Shown here: one piece after another, positions 39,971-46,234 of the stretch
Numbering within the stretch: position 1 is the first letter of the stretch
Layout of the letters: the number at the start of each line of letters is the position of its first letter
NCBI GenBank assembly: GCA_021323755.1
Contig: JAJPKJ010000051.1
Coordinates: 403 to 64,402 of the forward strand
Origin: Chitinophagales bacterium
GTDB taxonomy: Bacteria; Bacteroidota; Bacteroidia; Chitinophagales; Chitinophagaceae
DNA: 64,000 nt
Reading direction: 5' to 3'
The notes under the pieces: model-generated
The model's database searches: none
The model's input: the letters and a program-made list of their open reading frames with translations, nothing else
Told to the model about the DNA's origin: nothing
Translations under genes and position numbers: made by a program

Positions 39971-40188
39971 TTGGAATTTAGCAGTAGGCTTTGGAAAGGT
40001 TATTGGATACTGCTGGTTTTGTTTGGAATTTGGATTTTATGGTTTCTTTAGATATTGGAAAAACACCGGGACTAATCAAACAGCTTTACAAGGATATGAA
40101 CTAAAAATGAGTTGATTGATATTGGATTTTTTAAGTCCGGAATTTCTTAGGATTGGATAGTCTTAGTTCGGTTTTCTTTGGATATTGG
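39971..40188 (+). repeat. TTGGA-rich degenerate repeat region
   Basis: TTGGA at 39971, 39991, 40003, 40023, 40030, 40055, 40122, 40153 and 40178, all on the same strand. GATATTGG at 40051, 40118 and 40181. TTTCTTT(A/G)GATATTGG at 40043 and 40173. Confidence 0.7.
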
Positions 40189-40211
40189 TGATTGATTATA
40201 TCAATCAACTC
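40109..40211. repeat. 13-bp perfect inverted repeat pair flanking 77 bp
   Basis: GAGTTGATTGATA (40109-40121) and TATCAATCAACTC (40199-40211). Nested palindrome TGATTGAT-tat-ATCAATCA at 40189-40207. Confidence 0.7.
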
Positions 40212-40362
40212 TTAGACAAAAGTATACTGCGGAGCATATTTAGACAAGAGCGGTTTTGCTCTATTTTCTTTTACAGTAATTACTGCAATCCTAGTAATGT
40301 TACGAACAGTATTTCGTATTGTTTCGAATCACCTGGATAATTTTGGTAGAAGTAAATATCTA

Positions 40363-41724
40363 TCAATTACCAAGTGCTTGTATTACGTCGTATTTGGTAA
40401 CTATGTGATAATTACCGCTGTCATCTTTTGAAAGAACGGCGCCGTTTTCTTTGTTGATGAGCGAGCTCAATCGTTCAACGGGGGTATCAAAAGCAACAAT
40501 GGGATATGCAGGTTCCAGCACATCGGCGATCTTTTTTGCTTTAATATCTTGTCCGTTGTTCAGCATCTTATTGAATAATCCGCTTTCGCTGATTGCGCCT
40601 ACGACATTATTGTTCTTAATGACCGGCAAATTTTCAATATTGTATTTCTGCATCAGGTCCACCGCCTCGCTCACCGTTAATTCCGGCTCGATGGTGATGA
40701 GTTTTTTTGTTCCCCTTCCGCTTACGATGTCCTTGAAAGTCTTTACGTCCAGGAATCCGCGCTCCATCATCCACTGATCGTTATAAATCTTGGCGACATA
40801 CCGACTGCCATGATCGTGGAAAATGCAAACAACCAGGTCGCCTTTCTTTAATTTGTCTTTCAATTGCATCAATCCCTGCAAACAACTTCCTGCACTGTAT
40901 CCGCAAAACAATCCTTCTTCTTTTGCCAAACGCCTGGCCATGATTGCCCCATCCTTATCCGTTACCTGCTCGAAATGATCGATTACGCTCATGTCATAAT
41001 TTTTGGGCACAAAATCTTCACCAAAACCTTCGGATATATAGGGATGAACTTCGTTCATATCGATCTCGCCGGTTCTAAAATATTTGGTGAGTAATGAGCC
41101 GTAGACGTCAATCGCCCAGACCTGGATGTCCGGATTTTTTTCTTTTAAGAACATGGCTGTCCCGGTAATGGTTCCCCCTGTTCCTGCGGTGCAAACCAGA
41201 TGGGTGATCTTTCCATCAGTCTGATTCCAGATCTCGGGACCTGTTGTTTCATAATGCGCCAATCGATTGGCAAGATTATCATATTGGTTCATGTGATAGG
41301 AGTTAGGCACTTCGGTCGCCAGTCTTTTAGCCACGCTGTAATAGCTTCTGGGGTCTTCCGGTGTAACATTGGTTGGACATACAATAACTTCGGCACCCAC
41401 GGCTTTCAGTATATCCGCTTTTTCCTTTGACTGTTTATCTGTTGTTACGAAAATGCATTTGTATCCTTTTACACATGCTGCCAGCGCAAGTCCCATTCCG
41501 GTATTGCCGCTGGTGCCTTCTATAATGGTTCCACCCGGTTTTAATTTTCCTTCCTGTTCAGCCACTTCGATCATCTTCAAAGCCATGCGGTCTTTAATGG
41601 AATTGCCGGGATTAAAATAATCCACCTTTGCAAGCACGGTGCAGGGAAAATCCTTGGTGATTTTATTTAGGCGGATGAGCGGGGTGTTGCCGATTGTTTC
41701 AAGAATATTGTTCTTAATGTCCAT
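40363..41724 (-). CDS. cystathionine beta-synthase-like PLP enzyme with C-terminal CBS-domain pair
   Basis: GNTPLIRL...NPGNSIKDR (PLP lysine)...GTSGNTG. The C-terminal ~120 aa have the two-CBS (Bateman) pattern. Confidence 0.88.
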   Translation of the reverse strand: MDIKNNILETIGNTPLIRLNKITKDFPCTVLAKVDYFNPGNSIKDRMALKMIEVAEQEGKLKPGGTIIEGTSGNTGMGLALAACVKGYKCIFVTTDKQSKEKADILKAVGAEVIVCPTNVTPEDPRSYYSVAKRLATEVPNSYHMNQYDNLANRLAHYETTGPEIWNQTDGKITHLVCTAGTGGTITGTAMFLKEKNPDIQVWAIDVYGSLLTKYFRTGEIDMNEVHPYISEGFGEDFVPKNYDMSVIDHFEQVTDKDGAIMARRLAKEEGLFCGYSAGSCLQGLMQLKDKLKKGDLVVCIFHDHGSRYVAKIYNDQWMMERGFLDVKTFKDIVSGRGTKKLITIEPELTVSEAVDLMQKYNIENLPVIKNNNVVGAISESGLFNKMLNNGQDIKAKKIADVLEPAYPIVAFDTPVERLSSLINKENGAVLSKDDSGNYHIVTKYDVIQALGN

Positions 41725-41852
41725 AAATAATTTATTGCCGCGAAGTTAGGATTTAATCCGGTCACCGGCGACGGATCCCCGCTTACCATTGCCGGTTTCA
41801 AAGTAATTTCTTTGCCATTTTTTTTCATTTCCTCAGCAGCTGTTAGGCTTCA

Positions 41853-42117
41853 TCATTTTTTGTCTTCTTCAGGCATGTAGTACAGGTTACTGATCTTATC
41901 TTCTGTTGCTTTAGCACAATAAGTGGGTTGGTATTCTTTGGTATCATTTTTTATTGCAGAAGATTTTTCCGTTAACTGCGCGCGGGTAACTGCAATATTT
42001 TTACTACATCTGTTTTTGATAAAGGAACATGATTGGTTTGCGAATAAACGAGGGAGCCCAAAGCAGTGATCAATAGAATCGAAATTATATTTTCACGGAA
42101 TGGCCTTGTAAATTCAT
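41853..42117 (-). pseudogene. possible frameshifted small secreted-protein gene
   Basis: Three collinear open segments on the minus strand. MNLQGHSVKI (ATG at 42117). Then ..NIISILLITALGSLVYSQTNHVPLSKTDVVKI in the -1 frame. Then ..IAVTRAQLTEKSSAIKNDTKEYQPTYCAKATEDKISNLYYMPEEDKK* in a further -1 frame. Hand-translated. Confidence 0.3.
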
Positions 42118-42140
42118 TTACCCTTTACATTTTCTAAAAA

Positions 42141-42184
42141 GGGAAAAACAAAAAACCTCTCCAAACTTGGCAGCAGGAGAGGTT
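42141..42184 (-). terminator. rho-independent terminator after the anti-sigma gene
   Basis: 9-bp stem AACCTCTCC/GGAGAGGTT. On the minus strand it is followed by TTTTTTGTTTTTCCC. Confidence 0.75.
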
Positions 42185-42208
42185 ACCGGACTTAATGATA
42201 CATGATCA

Positions 42209-42739
42209 TCAAGCTTCTTTTTGTTTGGATTGATCTTTTTTGCGATGTAAATATTTATCAAAGAACAACAATCCCAAAACGACATTGATCATGATAAAAA
42301 CATTTACATAAGTATTTGAAAAGTATTTGGTCCATGGCACATTGCCAGGGTTGTATTTGTTGATGACTCCTGATACACCGGAGTCTCCGCCAGATGAAGT
42401 CAAATGAATCTGCACAAAAGCATAAATAAGAATGCCGATTATCATGGTGAGAAAAAATGTTCCGATCCCCCAGATGATTTTCTTATCGATATAGTTCTTT
42501 GCAGCCGGGGCGACCTGGAATCTGGCAATTTCTTCCATCACATTTTTTGTAAAACGCATCGAGGGAACTTCCAGGTCAGAACTATTGATGATTTCATTGA
42601 GCTGAAGCAGCTCGCGGTATTTGTGCTGCCATTCTATATTGCTGTCAATAAGCTTTTCAATGGCCGATTTTTCTTCAGCGTTGCAAACACCATCAATATA
42701 ATTCCACAATCTTTCTTCGGTATCCTGTAGCGTGTCCAT
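42209..42739 (-). CDS. putative anti-sigma factor (membrane protein)
   Basis: ATG at 42739 gives MDTLQDTEERLWNYIDGVCNAEEKSAIEKLI (anti-sigma N-terminal helix pattern), followed by two TM segments. The ORF-track start at 42841 would overlap the sigma gene by 29 nt. Confidence 0.65.
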   Translation of the reverse strand: MDTLQDTEERLWNYIDGVCNAEEKSAIEKLIDSNIEWQHKYRELLQLNEIINSSDLEVPSMRFTKNVMEEIARFQVAPAAKNYIDKKIIWGIGTFFLTMIIGILIYAFVQIHLTSSGGDSGVSGVINKYNPGNVPWTKYFSNTYVNVFIMINVVLGLLFFDKYLHRKKDQSKQKEA

Positions 42740-42812
42740 AATCTTTTGTTTAATTAATTGAATATTATTGTTGCCAAGTTCTGCCCAATTATTTTGGTCA
42801 TCCGTTAAATTA

Positions 42813-43400
42813 TTAATCGTTTTGTAATTCCCGTACTTCATTGCTAAAATGTTTTTCCATTTTTTCTTTTAATCTATGCCTGGCACGATGCAATTTTACT
42901 TTTATGGTATTCGGTTCCATGCCTAAGATCTGCCCCATTTCTTCCAGTGATTGTTCGGCCTTATAGAATAACGTTATTATCTGTGCATCATCGGGACTCA
43001 ATAATTGAATGGCTTCATTGACCATTGCTGTTCTCGATTTTTGCTCGATGATATTGGCCTTGAATGAGGATTCCTGATTTTCCAGCTGAACCATGGTCCT
43101 CTCGTTATCAATGGAAGTGGTTTCCAATTTCTTTTTTCTCAAAAATGTGATGCAGGTCGTCCTGGCAATGGTATAAAGCCAGGTGGTGAATTTTGAATCG
43201 CCTCTGAAATCAGCCAGAGAGCGATAGGTTTTCACAAACACATCCTGCGAAACTTCTTCTGCGTCCTCCCGGTTATCGGTGAAACGTAAGACCAGCGTGA
43301 ACACATAATTCTGATAACGGGTAACCAGCTCACTGAAAAGCTGTCGCTCGCCTTTAAGAACTCTGCCAATGATTTCTGTATCTGTCAGTCCGGTGTGCAT
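42813..43400 (-). CDS. RNA polymerase sigma factor, ECF subfamily
   Basis: 195 aa. Region 2 (YQNYVFTLVLRFTDNREDAEEVSQDVFVKTYRSLADFRGDSKFTTWLYTIARTTCITFLRKKK) and a region 4 HTH (IITLFYKAEQSLEEMGQILGMEPNTIKVKLHRARHRLKE). Confidence 0.9.
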   Translation of the reverse strand: MHTGLTDTEIIGRVLKGERQLFSELVTRYQNYVFTLVLRFTDNREDAEEVSQDVFVKTYRSLADFRGDSKFTTWLYTIARTTCITFLRKKKLETTSIDNERTMVQLENQESSFKANIIEQKSRTAMVNEAIQLLSPDDAQIITLFYKAEQSLEEMGQILGMEPNTIKVKLHRARHRLKEKMEKHFSNEVRELQND

Positions 43401-43404
43401 GACG

Positions 43405-43440
43405 TTAATAAGACTAGTCCCCGCTGCCTGAGGTTACAGG
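43405..43440 (-). promoter_or_regulatory. candidate ECF-type promoter P1 (autoregulatory)
   Basis: The minus strand reads CCTGTAACC-N15-TAGTCTTATTAA. TAGTC ends 11 nt before the sigma ATG at 43400. Confidence 0.55.
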
Positions 43441-43565
43441 GAAGATACATTATTATATTGTCTCCGTTTTGCAGGGATTTCGCCGATTTTCACATCTGGA
43501 TACCATATATACTGACCGGGGAATCCCCCGGACAATATCTTCTGCCAGAAAAATTGATGAGGGAA

Positions 43566-43594
43566 CCTGTAACCTGTTCTGATCTTCATTAGTC
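43566..43594 (+). promoter_or_regulatory. candidate ECF-type promoter P2
   Basis: CCTGTAACC-N15-TAGTC on the plus strand, 117 nt upstream of the ATG at 43711. Confidence 0.5.
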
Positions 43595-43645
43595 ATAGTT
43601 TGTGAAATGACGCTGAAATGAAGTTCGAAAGGAAAATTTCAACCA

Positions 43646-43680
43646 TGTAACCCGAAAACAATTTCAGTAGTCTTATTAAA
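43646..43680 (+). promoter_or_regulatory. candidate ECF-type promoter P3
   Basis: TGTAACC-N15-TAGTCTTATTAA on the plus strand, with TAGTC 39 nt upstream of the ATG at 43711. The extended -10 region is identical to P1. Confidence 0.55.
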
Positions 43681-43710
43681 CAACATACATTAAACAATAA
43701 AACAATTTTT

Positions 43711-44091
43711 ATGGGACCGGAAGTTATTGGCGTGTTTATACCGATCTTATTAGGTCTGGGAGCATTTGCCATGGTATTTGGAATAAGATATTTTCAAAAC
43801 AAGGAAAATATTGCCATGATCGAAAAAGGGATGAATCCCAAGTTGATTGAAAAAAGACCTACCCCTTACCGTAACCTGAAATGGGGTCTGTTATTACTTG
43901 GCGCAGGGCTGGGTCTGTTTGCAGCCTATTTGTTAGACAATTTTGTTTTCTATCGAATTCATAACGGATTTGATAACGACGCAAATGTTGCCATTTACTT
44001 CGCACTCATTGCGGTCGGCGGCGGATTTGGCTTAATAAGCTCATACCGCATCGAAAAAAGAGAATTATTGGATAAACAGAACAAAGAATAA
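43711..44091 (+). CDS. small membrane protein (DUF6249-like), divergent from the ECF sigma gene
   Basis: 126 aa with 3-4 TM helices (VIGVFIPILLGLGAFAMVFGI, WGLLLLGAGLGLFAAYLL, IYFALIAVGGGFGLI). The family name is from memory. Confidence 0.7.
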   Translation: MGPEVIGVFIPILLGLGAFAMVFGIRYFQNKENIAMIEKGMNPKLIEKRPTPYRNLKWGLLLLGAGLGLFAAYLLDNFVFYRIHNGFDNDANVAIYFALIAVGGGFGLISSYRIEKRELLDKQNKE

Positions 44092-44116
44092 TATCCATTC
44101 TCCATCTATATAACTA

Positions 44117-44147
44117 AGGCCCCGCTCTTTGCGGGGCTTTTTGTTTT
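44117..44147 (+). terminator. rho-independent terminator
   Basis: GGCCCCGC-tcttt-GCGGGGCC-like GC stem (GCCCCGC/GCGGGGC) followed by TTTTTGTTTT. Confidence 0.8.
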
Positions 44148-44300
44148 GGTGAACAAACCGCAGTGTTAAATGTTCTGTATCTTTTTGACCCGCTCAACAA
44201 TCAGTTTAACTTTTTTCGGTAAAATTGCTGATAATGACAGATTTTTGCAGCACTCATACTTGACTTTAAACATATTGATTCATTTTGAAATTATTTTGAC

Positions 44301-45626
44301 ATGAAAAATTTACCGCAAAAAGCCGATGGCACGCTGGGGATCCTGATTCCGGGCTTAGGTGCTGTGGCTACAACATTTATTGCCGGCGTTGAGGCTGTAA
44401 AAAAAGGATTGGCGCAACCTTTTGGCTCATTAACCCAAATGAGCAATATCAGGCTGGGCAAAAGAACCGAAAACAGGTTTCCGAAAATCAAAGAATTTGT
44501 GCCGCTGGCAGAACTGGACCAGATTAAGTTTGGAGGATGGGATCTTTATTCAGACAATGTCTATGAGGCTGCAAGCAAGGCCCGCGTTCTCGAACCGGCC
44601 TTACTGCAGGCAGTGAAGCCGGAACTGGAAGCCATCAAGCCGATGAAAGCGGTTTTTGATAAATCTTTCGTCGCCAATCTTGATGGAACCAACGTCAAGC
44701 AAGCCACTACAAAATATGATCTGGCAGAAGCCGTGATGAATGATATTGAGAATTTTAAAGACGCCAACGATTGTGACCGCATTGTGATGGTCTGGTGCGG
44801 TTCTACAGAAAAATATATCGAAGCAGGTGATGTACATAGCTCATTGGAAAAATTTGAAAAAGGATTGCATAGTAATGATCCGGAAATTTCTCCGAGTATG
44901 ATCTACGCTTATGCAGCGTTAAAACTGGGGATACCATTTGCCAACGGTGCTCCCAATCTCACCTGCGATATTGACGCATTGCTTGAATTGGCAAAAGAAA
45001 CGGAAACACCCATTGGCGGCAAGGATTTCAAAACCGGACAGACATTGATGAAAACGATACTGGCTCCGGGTTTGGCTGCACGCGCATTGGGGATCCGTGG
45101 TTGGTTTTCTTCAAATATCCTGGGGAATCGAGATGGTCTGGTCTTAGATCATCCGGATAATTTCAAAACAAAGGAAGTTTCCAAATTGAGTGTACTGGAA
45201 GATATTCTTCAACCCGACATCAATCCGGAATTATACGGGGATCTATATCATAAAGTGCGCATCAATTACTATCCTCCTCACGGTGATAATAAGGAAAGCT
45301 GGGATAATATTGACATCTTCGGATGGCTTGGTTACCAGATGCAGATAAAAATAAATTTCCTTTGCCGCGATTCCATTCTTGCTGCGCCGATCGTTCTTGA
45401 TCTTGCATTATTTATTGATCTGGCAAAAAGATCGGGAATGTATGGAATTCAGGAATGGTTGTCTTTTTATTTTAAATCGCCGCAAACAGCTCCGGGATTA
45501 AGACCAGAGCATGATATTTTTAAACAATTAATAAAGCTTCAGAATACGTTGCGCCATTTAATGGGCGAAGATCTGATAACGCATTTAGGTTTGGACTATT
45601 ACCAGGAACTCATCGAGGCTCTATGA
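44301..45626 (+). CDS. ino1: myo-inositol-1-phosphate synthase
   Basis: 441 aa. GILIPGLGAVATTFIAG (NAD fold)...GGKDFKTGQTLMKT...SNILGNRDG motifs typical of bacterial/archaeal MIPS. Confidence 0.92.
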   Translation: MKNLPQKADGTLGILIPGLGAVATTFIAGVEAVKKGLAQPFGSLTQMSNIRLGKRTENRFPKIKEFVPLAELDQIKFGGWDLYSDNVYEAASKARVLEPALLQAVKPELEAIKPMKAVFDKSFVANLDGTNVKQATTKYDLAEAVMNDIENFKDANDCDRIVMVWCGSTEKYIEAGDVHSSLEKFEKGLHSNDPEISPSMIYAYAALKLGIPFANGAPNLTCDIDALLELAKETETPIGGKDFKTGQTLMKTILAPGLAARALGIRGWFSSNILGNRDGLVLDHPDNFKTKEVSKLSVLEDILQPDINPELYGDLYHKVRINYYPPHGDNKESWDNIDIFGWLGYQMQIKINFLCRDSILAAPIVLDLALFIDLAKRSGMYGIQEWLSFYFKSPQTAPGLRPEHDIFKQLIKLQNTLRHLMGEDLITHLGLDYYQELIEAL

Positions 45627-46084
45627 TTTTGTCTTTAGCCAAAATCATTTCCAGCTGTGCGGGGATCGGCTACATAAAAAAAGGTTCCGGCTCGGTGGCG
45701 GCCCTGGTTACTTGTCTGGTCTGGTATTTTGCGTTACACAATCAAAGCACGAACAATATTTTGATCGCAGCTGTTATCGTTGCGATTTTTATAATGGGAA
45801 TCTGGTCGGCTAATGTAGTAGAAAAAATATGGGGAAAGGACAGCAGCCGTGTTGTAATTGATGAAATGGGCGGGATGTGTGTGTGTTTGTTTTTGGTGCC
45901 CGTTTGTTTACCGTATATTTTTATTGGCTTTATATTGTTCCGCTTTTTTGATATTGCCAAACCATTCTATATCCGTAAATCAGAAGCTTTGCCCGGCGGA
46001 TGGGGAGTAATGATCGACGATCTGCTTGCAGGTATTTGCAGTAATCTGCTTTTGCAGCTTATTGCAAAGTTTAATCTATGCTAA
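45623..46084 (+). CDS. pgpA: phosphatidylglycerophosphatase A family protein (candidate phosphatidylinositol-phosphate phosphatase)
   Basis: Its ATG overlaps the MIPS stop (ATGA). GIGYIKKGSGSVAAL...DSSRVVIDEMGG...FRFFDIAKP...GGWGVMIDDL are PgpA motifs. Confidence 0.8.
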   Translation: MILSLAKIISSCAGIGYIKKGSGSVAALVTCLVWYFALHNQSTNNILIAAVIVAIFIMGIWSANVVEKIWGKDSSRVVIDEMGGMCVCLFLVPVCLPYIFIGFILFRFFDIAKPFYIRKSEALPGGWGVMIDDLLAGICSNLLLQLIAKFNLC

Positions 46085-46234
46085 GACACCATTTACTTTT
46101 CGATACAACTTTTTATATGGTTAGTAACGTAAGTATATTATCAACACATAAAATAGTGTGTAACATAAAATATTTAGTCAGCCTTATCGTCATTAGTAAA
46201 AAAACAAGGCTTAGTTAAAAAGACAGTATTAATA

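Noticed and set aside
39863-40100. Cobalamin riboswitch upstream of the BtuF-like gene
   Set aside because: The gene context suggested it. Reading the minus strand, I found none of the conserved core elements I remember (GGTG..AATCC, GCCACTG, B12-box AGYCMGgAgaCCkGCc). Only generic hairpins are present. This needs cmscan to be sure.
41725-41860. SAM-type riboswitch or Cys/Met leader peptide upstream of the cystathionine-beta-synthase-like gene
   Set aside because: The 5' region has hairpins (ACCGGC...GCCGGT; palindrome CCGGTCACCGG) and a 27-codon ORF (MKKNGKEITLKPAMVSGDPSPVTGLNP). I see no SAM-I or SAM-II consensus blocks, no terminator with a U-tract, and the ORF is not enriched in Cys or Met codons.
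43395-43592. 65-aa plus-strand ORF inside the ECF divergent promoter region. A similar 66-aa ORF lies at 25645-25845 in the slyD-like/namZ-like spacer.
   Set aside because: Both span regions better explained as promoters or 5' regions. The first overlaps the sigma start codon and the promoter motifs. The sequences have no signal, TM or domain features, and the second starts at TTG.
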